A program made the translations under genes and the position numbers. Below are positions 1 to 10,451 of a DNA stretch of 64,000 nucleotides, piece by piece; position 1 is the first letter of the stretch; every line of letters begins with the position of its first letter. The DNA comes from a bacterium. GTDB lineage: Bacteria; UBA8248. Location of the stretch: contig OZ241875.1 of the NCBI GenBank assembly GCA_965203325.1, forward strand, positions 2,242,702 to 2,306,701. The letters run 5' to 3'. Below the pieces are notes generated by a model. It did no database searches. It saw only the letters and a list, made by a program, of their open reading frames with translations, and was not told the origin of the DNA.

Positions 1-637
1 TCATGCAAAATTCAGAGCGGCTGAAAAAGGGCGTGCGCTCCACACCGGCGTGCGGGCCTTTTCTTGTCGTATCGTCTACGCCTTCGGGGGTCTCTTTCTT
101 CCGGGGACCATGCACCCGCCAATCGCGTACATGGCATGCGGCGCAGGCCAGTCCACTCATCTCCAGTTCAGTATTGTGGACCGGATTTTTCCGCCAGTTC
201 GCCAGAGGGCCAGCGCCAAACTTCGCGCGTTTTTGCTGTTCCGCCAAGGGCGCGTGGCACTCGTTGCAGTTTTGCGCTCCCCCGGGATTCGTCTTCCACA
301 TATCGACGAGTTGCCCATATATGCCCGGACTCATCGCCTTGGCGTGAAGCGTGGTTCTCCACTGTTTGTACTGCTCGGGATGACAACTGCCGCAACGCTC
401 CGGCGAAAGAGAGCGTTCAGCGCCTCTGTATGATTTCGGCGCCTCGCCCATGGGAGGCAATGGATAGCGGAAGTATTCTTTCGCGAAATCCCGCCAGCGC
501 TTCCATTCTTTGGGAATCCCTTTTTTTTCCGATGCTTGCACGGAGGGAAAGATGAAGTTTTTTGATATCTTCCGGGAAAACGCCGGGAGAGCGAGAAAAA
601 CAACGGAAACGATACAGATCCCGAGTTTCAAGCGCAT
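1..637 (-). CDS. Multihaem c-type cytochrome. The N-terminus lies in the window and the C-terminus runs off the left edge.
   Basis: Manual minus-strand translation from ATG at 637-635 gives MRLKLGICIVSVVFLALPAFS (signal peptide) followed by three CxxCH haem motifs (CGSCH, CNECH, CAACH). An AGGAAG SD lies 6 nt upstream of the ATG. It is absent from the ORF track because no in-window stop exists. Confidence 0.72.
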   Translation of the reverse strand, partial: MRLKLGICIVSVVFLALPAFSRKISKNFIFPSVQASEKKGIPKEWKRWRDFAKEYFRYPLPPMGEAPKSYRGAERSLSPERCGSCHPEQYKQWRTTLHAKAMSPGIYGQLVDMWKTNPGGAQNCNECHAPLAEQQKRAKFGAGPLANWRKNPVHNTELEMSGLACAACHVRDWRVHGPRKKETPEGVDDTTRKGPHAGVERTPFFSRSEFCM

Positions 638-919
638 TCCATGCTTCCTGTTACGGCGGCCCGCCTGCCTGACCAGTTTCATTTCACCTGACGACACCCG
701 TGTAAACAAGTTCCTGAGAAAACCCGAGAAATCGTAGTGCTGCTCCACGCCCGAATCTATTGTGGGCTGAAAGCCCTTTTTTTCTCAACAGGCGTATTCC
801 ACACAAAGTTCATGGCTGAAACCCTGGGAAACGATATCACCCGGTACAGGTTTTACTTGATGAATCGAATTGGATAGGGTCTGTCAGAACAATCGAACCA
901 GACCCGACAATTCGGAGGC

Positions 920-1375
920 ATGATGAATTTCGAGATACGTCCGGCCACTATCGAGGACACGGAAACTATTGTCCAATTCAACATCGAGATGGCCCTGGAG
1001 AGTGAAAACCTTCGTCTGGAGCCCGAAAAAGTCCGCCGGGGCGTGGAAAAATCCCTCGCCGACCCTTCGCTGGGACAATACTATCTCGCGCACCGGGGCG
1101 ACGAGATTCTGGGGCAAATCCGGGTCACCCTGGAGTGGAGCGACTGGAACAACGGCCAATACTGGTGGATTCAGAACGTGTATGTCGTTCCGTCTGAGAG
1201 AAACCAGGGCATTTACAAAGCCTTGCACCATCACGTCAAAAATCTCGCCGAACAAGCGGGCGCCTGCGGCCTGCAGCTATACGTCGACGCGCAAAACGCG
1301 GCGGCCCAGGCGGTTTACAAGAACCTGAACATGGAGGAAAGCCACTATCTGATTTTCGAGCAAAGAGGAGATTAA
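920..1375 (+). CDS. GNAT family N-acetyltransferase
   Basis: 151 aa; acetyltransferase fold motifs (QYWWIQNVYVVPSERNQGIYKAL...). Confidence 0.75.
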   Translation: MMNFEIRPATIEDTETIVQFNIEMALESENLRLEPEKVRRGVEKSLADPSLGQYYLAHRGDEILGQIRVTLEWSDWNNGQYWWIQNVYVVPSERNQGIYKALHHHVKNLAEQAGACGLQLYVDAQNAAAQAVYKNLNMEESHYLIFEQRGD

Positions 1376-1860
1376 CGACCCTCTTGATTCCTCTTGAGGG
1401 GGATGACATCCGCAGGCTTTTGCGCGTCATCCCGGCGGCGCCCCCGCCAGGAAGAGGGCCAGACATACCGCACACGCCACAGGGTTCGGGCCGCACCGCC
1501 TACCGCCCACGTGAGCGTGCTGCCCGCGTTTCGCGTTCTTTTGCCGAGCGAGCGAAACGCTTTTTTACCGCCTTCCTCGCCGATGGAGACGAGGCGCGAG
1601 GTCGCCTCTTTCGCCGCGCCGATGGGGCGGAGGGCCTGTGCGATCGCCTGTCGCAAGACCCATTTCAGCATCAGGCAAAACACGACGGAGAGAGCGAAAA
1701 AGACGCCCAGCACCTTGAGGCCCCGCGCGGGCTCGTCCACTATCATCACGCTCGTCTGCGCGATGCCGTAGAACGCCAGGGCCACGATCCCCAGACAGAC
1801 GGCCACGGCGCCCCCTGAACGCACTATCAACCGCATGATGCCGAACATGTTCGTCTCCAT
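1372..1860 (-). CDS. Hypothetical small membrane protein. The Arg-rich C-terminal half is doubtful.
   Basis: The N-terminal ~80 aa contain two hydrophobic helices. The remainder is low-complexity and may be a read-through artefact. Confidence 0.3.
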   Translation of the reverse strand: METNMFGIMRLIVRSGGAVAVCLGIVALAFYGIAQTSVMIVDEPARGLKVLGVFFALSVVFCLMLKWVLRQAIAQALRPIGAAKEATSRLVSIGEEGGKKAFRSLGKRTRNAGSTLTWAVGGAARTLWRVRYVWPSSWRGRRRDDAQKPADVIPLKRNQEGR

Positions 1861-1993
1861 CCCCTGTCGTTGCCGGAAAACGCATCCGATCCATCAAGAA
1901 TACCCATTTGCGAAGCCAAAATCCAGCGCGGTTATTTCACCTCCGGGAGATATTTCCGTTGACGCGCGAAACCTCTCGTTCTATGTTCACTAG

Positions 1994-3322
<1,329 letters not shown>

Positions 3323-3866
3323 AACCCATATAACGCTTTAAAAACCAACCGTTTGCATTTTCAGTTTCATCCCGGCCGAAAAATCCGGGGTTCCACCCCC
3401 GCCGCTCCCGTCCGGCAATTCCCGAAGGGCGCACGGAGCGGAAACCTTTGCAGAATCTTTACCCACCGCCGCCGCCTTCGCTGATACCATTCAAGCCGTT
3501 TGAGCAGCCTCGAAGGGTGTTTGGAGAGGCGACGGATGAATCCGGCGGGGGACGCCGAGTTGCTTCGCCCTCATGGACGAGTCGTCGGCGGGCCGGATAC
3601 GCCGCGCGGGGGTCAAAGGCCCCGCACAAGGGTCTTCCCGCCCCGGAGACGGGAGCGCGGTCCAGTCGCGCGGATGCGCACCCGGATTCCGGCCGGTTGT
3701 CCGCCTTGTTGGCTCGGGCGGCTTCGGTCGATTCCTCCCGAAGCGGAAAGCCCGAACGCGGGGTCTCCCCGCGCGGCCCACCCCACGCCCCGAACACGGC
3801 AATCGCTCACTCTTCAATCGCGATTGACCCCGACACGGCTCATCGCGCCCTGAAGGCCCGCAACTC

Positions 3867-4207
3867 CCCGCATTGCATTTCCCCGCATTTGCTGTCATGG
3901 CGGGACCGGCCGGTCGTGGCAGAATCCTCCTGCGTCGCGGCCTGGCGGCGTCATTTCCCAGGAAATTTAATTTTCAGAAATACCCCGTCAATTTATCGAT
4001 ATTTATCGAATTTTACGGGAATTTTCAGGAATTCCATTTTCTCGAACGAAACCGCCCGGCTTCGCCATCATACGCGCCCGCGCCCCGAGCAGCGCGACGG
4101 CAATTGCGGGCAAATGCGGGTCGTTTCGAACGGGATGCGGAGAATTTCGTCCGGACGCCGGGCGGGAGCGGTGAGCGCTTCGCCGCAAATGCGGGCAAAT
4201 GCGCCCC
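3867..4207. repeat. Six copies of CCCGCATTTGC-like motif in both orientations, bracketing an AT-rich ~100-bp segment (3952-4050) that contains ATTTATCGA x2
   Basis: Direct reading: ccccgcattgc / ccccgcatttgc at 3867-3892, and the reverse-complement pairs at 4101-4120 and 4185-4207. Confidence 0.5.
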
Positions 4208-4311
4208 GGCGCGCGAGGGATGGAGACCCGGACGGAGGATGCGGAATCCGACCCGGCCGTCGCGGGTCAATCGCGACCGAAGAGGGGCCGGTGAAAAAGT
4301 CTGGCATGCGA

Positions 4312-4500
4312 CCCCTACGAAGATCGCTCTCCACCGAGGAAAATTTCAAATCAACTCCCCCCTTGAGGGGGAGTCGAAGAGGCCGAGCCTTGGCGAAGGC
4401 CGATTCGGTGGGGGGAGGTTTTTATCTGTGGCTTGTCCCCCCACCGATTCGGTTTCGGGTTTACACCCTCACCTCATCGACTCCCCCTCAAGGGGGGAGT
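4312..4500. repeat. Family-A complex palindromic element (REP/MITE-like), copy 1
   Basis: Nested inverted repeats: outer AACTCCCCCCTTGAGGGGGAGTCG / CGACTCCCCCTCAAGGGGGGAGT and inner CCGATTCGGTGGGGGGAG / CTCCCCCCACCGATTCGG. The same architecture recurs at 13364, 19011 and 40236. Confidence 0.8.
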
Positions 4501-4687
4501 GAAATTTAGCGCTCTCCTTCTGGGACTTTTCACCAGCCCCCTCCTCAGGGGGCATCGTTTTTACCCCCCTGACAAGGGGGGGTAGGGGGGGGTGGTTTTC
4601 CAGTCGAGAGGGGCGCCGCCTCTCCCCGCTCGGGATTGATTAAAAACCCCATCTCGCCATGCTAGAATAATGGGAGCGGCTCTCGCG

Positions 4688-4774
4688 CGGAGGGATGGCC
4701 GAGCGGCCGAAGGCGGTGGTCTTGAAAACCACTGAGCGAAAGCTCCGGGGGTTCGAATCCCTCTCCCTCCGCCA
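4688..4774 (+). tRNA. tRNA-Ser (anticodon UGA)
   Basis: Acceptor stem GGAGGGA/TCCCTCC, anticodon loop CTTGAAA, long variable arm, GGTTCGAATCC T-loop, encoded CCA. Confidence 0.9.
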
Positions 4775-4876
4775 GTTCATACGGGCGGGCCTGGAGAAAG
4801 CCTGAGTTTCTCGTAGCCGTTCCATGCGGGCATCGCCGCTCAGCCATTGCCATTCACCGACCCCTTTGCACCGTCC

Positions 4877-4998
4877 GCACGGCACCCCGACCCGCCGCTA
4901 TACTTGCCCGGAACATTTCTGCAAAATAAGACCATGGCATGCAGTCCACCGGAACGGCGACCGATAAGGGCGGTCGAGGAGACCGGATAGCGACATGG
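4877..4998. repeat. Left 122-bp direct repeat (DR-L) bounding the low-GC island
   Basis: ~93% identical to 10759-10880 (gcacggcaccccgacccgccgctatacttgcccggaacatttctgca...gcgacatgg). Confidence 0.85.
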
Positions 4999-5192
4999 GG
5001 ACTCCCAAGTTAGGCAAAGGTGATGACAGGACCATAGTGAACGGCTGGTGCGAGGGCGGGCGCACCGTCCATCAAGTAAGCATTTGATATGGGGGAAACA
5101 CTCCGCCACTACATGAAGACTTCTCGATCAGCCAAGCCAAACAGCTATGTAGGAGATACCTGCTACTTGAAAACTCACACGTCGGAGCGCTT

Positions 5193-6419
5193 ATGATTAG
5201 ACCCCCAGATATAAAGGGACTGGCGCGGCGTTGGCGTCGTGCGCCGCGACGATGGGGCCACCCTCTACACTCTTTGTGCTCGTACTTCGCCATGTTTCCG
5301 CCACAGGTTCCGTACGTATTCATTCGATGGCTTACTAAGCCTGGTGATGTCGTCTATGATCCGTTTGCCGGACGCGGCACTACACCTATGGAGGCATGCC
5401 GGATGGGACGCGTTGGCATGGGTTCGGATGCTAATCCCCTGGCGCACCTCCTTACCGCAGGCAAAGTAGACGCTCCAACCACTGATGAGGCACATACTCG
5501 CTTGAGAGTCTTGCGTGAGAATTGTGTCCCGGAGTGCCCGAGTTCAGCCCCTGCTGACATCCAGATGCTCTACTCAGGCCGAGTCCTCGGGCAGCTCATA
5601 TGGTTGCGAAATGCACTTAAAGTTAGCCAGCGTGATGACCGATTCCTAATGGCACTTCTCTTAGGGGTGATGCATGCCAACTATAGGCCCGGTGGACCGG
5701 TACACGGCTTGTCGATCAGTATGCCGAACACATTTTCGATGTCGGCGGGATATGTCCGGCGATATATTGAGGAGCATAGGCTCGTACCACCCGATGTTGA
5801 CGTCTTCGATCTTCTCGATTGGAAGCTGGGCAGGATGAGCTTGCCTGAGGCTACGGCAACGCGAGGCACCGCTTGGCAGCAGGACGCACGCAACCCCATG
5901 GCCACGACAATTTGCGACCGGCCTGCGAAGCTCGTGTTCACATCTCCCCCTTACCTTAGCGTCATCAAGTATGGGAAATACAACTGGGTGCGACTCTGGA
6001 TGCTCAAGCAAGAACCGGAAGTGGTTGATCGAGCACTCGTCGCGACTGGGTCTCTGCCGAAATACCTGCAGTTCATCAGTGCCGTCTTGACGCAGATGGC
6101 CTCAGCGATTCGGGAGGATGGATACCTCTGTCTGATGATCGGCGACGTTTATGATCGTTGCAAGGGAAAAACTACGAACCTCGCTGCCCAGGTCTGGGAG
6201 GAAGCTGCGCAACCACTTGGTTGGCGCCTTCATGGCATTGTTACTGACCGACTTCCAACTAAACACAAAGTCAGTCGAATTTGGAAGCAAAGGCGTGGGG
6301 AAGCGACGAAGACGGACCGTGTACTTATATTATCCCGCCCTGGAAACAACCTTACTCAGCTGCCTCCTCTTAGCCCTATACGGTGGGAGCCAGCTTCCGA
6401 GTGGGCTGCAGGAGGATAG
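5193..6419 (+). CDS. DNA methyltransferase (N6-adenine/N4-cytosine, PF01555-like, motif I then IV order)
   Basis: Motif I/X context FPPQVPYVFIRWLTKPGDVVYDPFAGRGTT, and motif IV TSPPY further C-terminal. Confidence 0.85.
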   Translation: MIRPPDIKGLARRWRRAPRRWGHPLHSLCSYFAMFPPQVPYVFIRWLTKPGDVVYDPFAGRGTTPMEACRMGRVGMGSDANPLAHLLTAGKVDAPTTDEAHTRLRVLRENCVPECPSSAPADIQMLYSGRVLGQLIWLRNALKVSQRDDRFLMALLLGVMHANYRPGGPVHGLSISMPNTFSMSAGYVRRYIEEHRLVPPDVDVFDLLDWKLGRMSLPEATATRGTAWQQDARNPMATTICDRPAKLVFTSPPYLSVIKYGKYNWVRLWMLKQEPEVVDRALVATGSLPKYLQFISAVLTQMASAIREDGYLCLMIGDVYDRCKGKTTNLAAQVWEEAAQPLGWRLHGIVTDRLPTKHKVSRIWKQRRGEATKTDRVLILSRPGNNLTQLPPLSPIRWEPASEWAAGG

Positions 6420-6424
6420 AAGTA

Positions 6425-8383
6425 ATGTTGATCAACGAGAGACTTAGGAACTTGGCGACAATAAATGTCTTCGAGGATGTCGCGATTGAGAACTCGTTTA
6501 TCGGGCGACCATTCTACTTCGACTTTAACAAGATGAAGATCTTGTCGAACGACCACTGGAAGGAAATGGTGGGTGGGGTCCCGGCTGGGGCTTTTCTTGC
6601 TGCACTATTCGACAACGACACGGAACATCCAGAGGTCGTACTTCTTCGTGTCCTTGGGCCAACTGCGCTTCCAACTGATTCAGATGTCGTCGCTGCAATG
6701 GTGGATCACTACAAGGAGAGTGAAGGAACGGAGACGGACTCGGGAACGCTCGACAGCTATACTAGGTACGAGTTTCAGTTCTCAGGCCTAGAGTGTAGAG
6801 TGCTCGGTTCTTTTTATCAGAATGCACAAGGCAATACATGCTTCGGGGCTGATGTCGACAACTTCTACGGCCCCAACAACTACTCGGTCTACAAACCTTC
6901 CGGTAACGTTTTGGAGTACCTAGTGAATTTCCGTGAAGGCGACGGACTTCCCGGAGGACCTGGAGATCAAAGAATCGGTGAAATCCGCTACTCGTCAAGC
7001 CAGCGGCACACTCAGGATGCTTCTGTCCCTCTGTATGTGTCGGCCCTTGACTACTTAGGAAAACGCACAGCGCTCTTCGGAATGAAGCGTACAGGAAAAT
7101 CCAATACCGTCAAAAAGATCATTCAGGCAACTGTAAACTTGGGATCAGCGGGAATTGAGCATGAGGGTGAGCAGCTTGTCCCAATAGGGCAGATCATTTT
7201 CGATGTAGACGGTGAATATGCCAATGCGAATCTACAAGACGAAGGAACCGCGGTTTTTGAGCTTTTTGAGAACGAGACCATCCGATACTCCACCCACCCA
7301 AAAGAAGGCTTCCGTGTGCTCAAGGTGAACTTCTACAACGAGGTTGATCTGGGATTCGAGCTCATATCCAGTGATCCGAGAGTCGCGGACGACACAACGA
7401 GATTTGTGTCGAACTTTAGAAGCGTAGAACTGACGCAGCCTGACCAAGAGAACGTGTCTGAGATAAGGCGCTGGGAGCGACGTAGGGCTGTGTATTTTTG
7501 CATTCTGCACGAGGCAGGTTTCGCTGCGCCTCAGACTTTCCAGGTTCGCTTTTCGGCTAATGCTGAAGTTCGAAACGCTGTGGCTCTTAACTTCGAGGCA
7601 GACCGTAGGGGATATATGCGCCTCACTCTGCAGCAAGCCTCCGCATGGTGGCAACGTTTTTGGGAAGTGTATGCCGCCGACCCCAACGGTTGCTTTGCAC
7701 AATACAAACGCGACCACGATAGCCGACCTTGGGCTGAAGATGATCTTGAGGCCCTGCTCACAATGCTCACAAGACGGCGCACGTCCGGAGGGGCAGTCGA
7801 CTGCAGCGGTTTTCGTGTCTTGCGGGAGATCGCCGAAAAACACACATCGACACTACAGACTTCATTTGAGGATGACATCCTTCAGCAGTTACGTGAGGGG
7901 AGAATCGTAATTGTTGATCTCTCGCTCGGAGATGACATCACGAAGCGTTTCTTCTCCGAGAGAGTATGCCGTCGTATATTCGATGATGCAATGCTCCGCT
8001 TCACTCAGATGCAGACACAAAACTTCATTCAGATGTATTTTGAAGAAGCGCACAATTTATTTCCGAGGAAAGAATCTGCCGACCTAACCCAGATCTACAA
8101 TCGTATTGCAAAGGAGGGTGCGAAGCTCCGACTTGGACTCGTCTACGCCACCCAGGAAGTTAGCTCGATATCAGCGAACGTTCTCAAAAACACACAGAAC
8201 TGGTTCGTGTCGCACCTTAACAATCAAGATGAGCTTCGCGAGATAGCTAAATATTACGACTTCGAGGACTTCGTGGATAGCCTTCGACGAACGACCGACA
8301 AAGGGTTCATTCGAATGAAGACGTACTCCAACGCGTTCATTGTACCCGTGCAGATCGACCGGTTCACAGTGGCGGAGACATAA
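6425..8383 (+). CDS. HerA/DUF87-like P-loop ATPase (FtsK-HerA superfamily) with a ~200-aa N-terminal domain of unknown function
   Basis: Walker A GMKRTGKSNT, Walker B-like IVIVDLS plus EEAHNLFP (DEAH-like), and the HerA C-terminal motif KLRLGLVYATQEVSS...NTQNWFVSHLNNQDE. The start is probably ATG 6425 after GGAGGA; the track starts at 6383. Confidence 0.65.
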   Translation: MLINERLRNLATINVFEDVAIENSFIGRPFYFDFNKMKILSNDHWKEMVGGVPAGAFLAALFDNDTEHPEVVLLRVLGPTALPTDSDVVAAMVDHYKESEGTETDSGTLDSYTRYEFQFSGLECRVLGSFYQNAQGNTCFGADVDNFYGPNNYSVYKPSGNVLEYLVNFREGDGLPGGPGDQRIGEIRYSSSQRHTQDASVPLYVSALDYLGKRTALFGMKRTGKSNTVKKIIQATVNLGSAGIEHEGEQLVPIGQIIFDVDGEYANANLQDEGTAVFELFENETIRYSTHPKEGFRVLKVNFYNEVDLGFELISSDPRVADDTTRFVSNFRSVELTQPDQENVSEIRRWERRRAVYFCILHEAGFAAPQTFQVRFSANAEVRNAVALNFEADRRGYMRLTLQQASAWWQRFWEVYAADPNGCFAQYKRDHDSRPWAEDDLEALLTMLTRRRTSGGAVDCSGFRVLREIAEKHTSTLQTSFEDDILQQLREGRIVIVDLSLGDDITKRFFSERVCRRIFDDAMLRFTQMQTQNFIQMYFEEAHNLFPRKESADLTQIYNRIAKEGAKLRLGLVYATQEVSSISANVLKNTQNWFVSHLNNQDELREIAKYYDFEDFVDSLRRTTDKGFIRMKTYSNAFIVPVQIDRFTVAET

Positions 8384-8386
8384 CTT

Positions 8387-9733
8387 ATGGGATATGGCTC
8401 CAAGGGACGAAAGCCTATAGAGCGCGCCAGTAAGATTGCGCACGCAGAGATTATCAAAAACCCGGAAGTCCAAGCTTATATGAGAGAATGTATAGTCCCA
8501 TCTGCGCCTGGCGTGGAGTCACTCGACTCTATGATTGAGACGCTCGGCGAAGTGGATACCTCAGAAGTGACTGCGGTCGTCGCTGTGGATGGTGGCTACA
8601 CAGAGACCTATGTGCGTGAGGAGTATCCTTCGGCCTCCATTACGTTTTTCACATTCGGTCCCCTATTGTTTGAACTTGCTGACCTCCGCGCATTGGACAA
8701 AAAGAGGTTCATTGCGCCAGAAGAGCTCGCTCGCCTTAAGAGAATCGAGCGCTACACCCTTGTGTTGCCGACGAAGGGTATTCGGCGTCAGGACCAACAG
8801 TCCCTGTCAGCCACGATCCGGCGCACTGTATACGAGTTCTTCACAAAGCCACGTGGGGAAGACGATAATCTCATGGTCAGCCTCAAGTGGTTTCTATTCA
8901 GGCGTTGGAAGCGGAATCCAGACAATGGTCTAGTTCAGATTGTTGAGCACTGTCCATCAGATTGCGGTCACGGAGCAACGAGTTTCCTTTTTGAGGAGCA
9001 GACTGAGAAAAGCTGTCCTAAGTGCGGGCGACCAGTTTATCTTACGGATGTCTTCCGGCTGCAAGAGCGGATCGATGAGGAGCTAGGTGCGGGAGGAATC
9101 AGTGCCTATGTAATGACAATGCTGGAACAACTAGTTCTCATACACCTGTTCTACAACATAATAGAGCGCCTCAAGCCCAGCCTGATGCGGAGCATCTTAT
9201 TCATCAAGGATGGACCATTGGCCTTTTTCGGTCTGGTTGCTCCGCTGTGTCGGCCCATGCGGGAGCTCGTGCAGCACCTACTCAGCGAGCCCGGAGGACA
9301 AATGGGGCCAACGCTCAGGCTCGCCGGATTAGAGAAGAGTGGAGCATTTGTCGAACACGCTGCAGCGATCCAGGACCTTATGGAGCCTAACTCCTACATG
9401 ATTGTTAATGATGGCTATATCCGGCGACATATCGTGCCAGGAGAGGTCGGCGTGGTGTATGGACAAAACACATACTACGGCCAAAAAGTGTTGTTCCGGG
9501 CACCGGGTGGGGAGATGCACGTCGTGACGATCCCGGCCCAAAGCTATATGGCAGATCCGAATCCCTCGGAAATGCCCCACCTCGAAGATGTGCTGACACT
9601 CATCGCCGAGCTTCGATGCAGTATGCACGATAATTCGTTGATTCCTGTTGCATTGGCAAACAAACTCGTCTCGCTTTCTGACTTCCCGAGCCAGCGCATC
9701 CTAACGACTTTCGCGAGAGAGAACATCCAGTGA
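8387..9733 (+). CDS. NurA-like / RNase H-fold putative nuclease with internal zinc ribbon (partner of the upstream ATPase)
   Basis: AVDGG near the N-terminus (NurA motif I is xDGS), a CPSDC...CPKCG zinc ribbon, and acidic motifs IKDGPL and IVNDGY. It is translationally coupled to the upstream gene (4-nt gap). Confidence 0.4.
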   Translation: MGYGSKGRKPIERASKIAHAEIIKNPEVQAYMRECIVPSAPGVESLDSMIETLGEVDTSEVTAVVAVDGGYTETYVREEYPSASITFFTFGPLLFELADLRALDKKRFIAPEELARLKRIERYTLVLPTKGIRRQDQQSLSATIRRTVYEFFTKPRGEDDNLMVSLKWFLFRRWKRNPDNGLVQIVEHCPSDCGHGATSFLFEEQTEKSCPKCGRPVYLTDVFRLQERIDEELGAGGISAYVMTMLEQLVLIHLFYNIIERLKPSLMRSILFIKDGPLAFFGLVAPLCRPMRELVQHLLSEPGGQMGPTLRLAGLEKSGAFVEHAAAIQDLMEPNSYMIVNDGYIRRHIVPGEVGVVYGQNTYYGQKVLFRAPGGEMHVVTIPAQSYMADPNPSEMPHLEDVLTLIAELRCSMHDNSLIPVALANKLVSLSDFPSQRILTTFARENIQ

Positions 9734-9848
9734 ACTAGCCCTGCACTTTCCAACTTCTAGAGTTCTATGGGTCTTGTTTCTTTAATGCAATGGATATTTA
9801 GACTATTGAGTTTGAAAGAGTTTCCGGGACGGAGACAAATTTCGCGAT

Positions 9849-10451
9849 TTGATCGAGGTAGAAAGTGTGGCTAAAAAAAATACTACTGGGCTTGACAAGG
9901 TTCCAAAGCGTTTGTTTTTAGACTCTTCTGTTTTGCAAGTACTTCTAACCTATGGTGAGTTCATCTACGATGGAGGAACAATACCTTCTCAAGCTCGCAT
10001 CTGGTCGATTCCCAAAGGGCTAGAGAATTTAGATGCTCTTAAACAGATCATGTTTGTAGGTAACCGTGCTTTGTTTGAGTTTGCACTGTCCTCTCAAAGT
10101 CTAGAAGAAGTAGCGCAACGGAAGGATGCAAAATATATGGACTGGGCAAGAGATGTCCTCGTGTATTGGAGAAATAAATTGGCTAGTTACGATGAGGTTG
10201 GTATTCCAGCGTTTAGTGGGTATGGCAGCAAAGTTGCCACGAAGCTTGAATCTAAAAAATTCGGTTACCTGAGCAATAAAGATAAGGCATTGTTGGTAGA
10301 TGCCCTGAAGCTAGAATGTGAGGCCTTCATCACGATGGACCGTAGACTTGTCCGGAACACATTCCACCTAGAAGCCCATGTTGCGATTAAAGTTTTAGAG
10401 CCAATAAAATTCTGGGGCCTTTTGCAACCTTGGGCGCCGCTATTTGTTTAA
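9849..10451 (+). CDS. PIN-like domain protein (putative)
   Basis: RLFLDSSVLQVLL (β1 Asp), a conserved Glu, and EAFITMDRRL (T-x-D). This is the lowest-GC gene of the island. Confidence 0.35.
   Translation: MIEVESVAKKNTTGLDKVPKRLFLDSSVLQVLLTYGEFIYDGGTIPSQARIWSIPKGLENLDALKQIMFVGNRALFEFALSSQSLEEVAQRKDAKYMDWARDVLVYWRNKLASYDEVGIPAFSGYGSKVATKLESKKFGYLSNKDKALLVDALKLECEAFITMDRRLVRNTFHLEAHVAIKVLEPIKFWGLLQPWAPLFV

Noticed and set aside
3952-4050. AT-rich segment with TTATCGATA-like motifs as oriC/DnaA boxes
   Set aside because: The motifs do not match the TTATCCACA consensus, no dnaA/dnaN are nearby, and the segment is only ~100 bp.
3448-4509. 353-aa track ORF in the serS-tRNA spacer
   Set aside because: Arg/Pro/Gly-rich low-complexity translation typical of a high-GC non-coding frame; it spans palindromic repeat elements; no motif seen.
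6383-6424. ATG 6383 as the HerA-like gene start, overlapping the methyltransferase
   Set aside because: The ATG at 6425 is preceded by GGAGGA at optimal spacing and avoids a 37-nt overlap; the call is uncertain either way.
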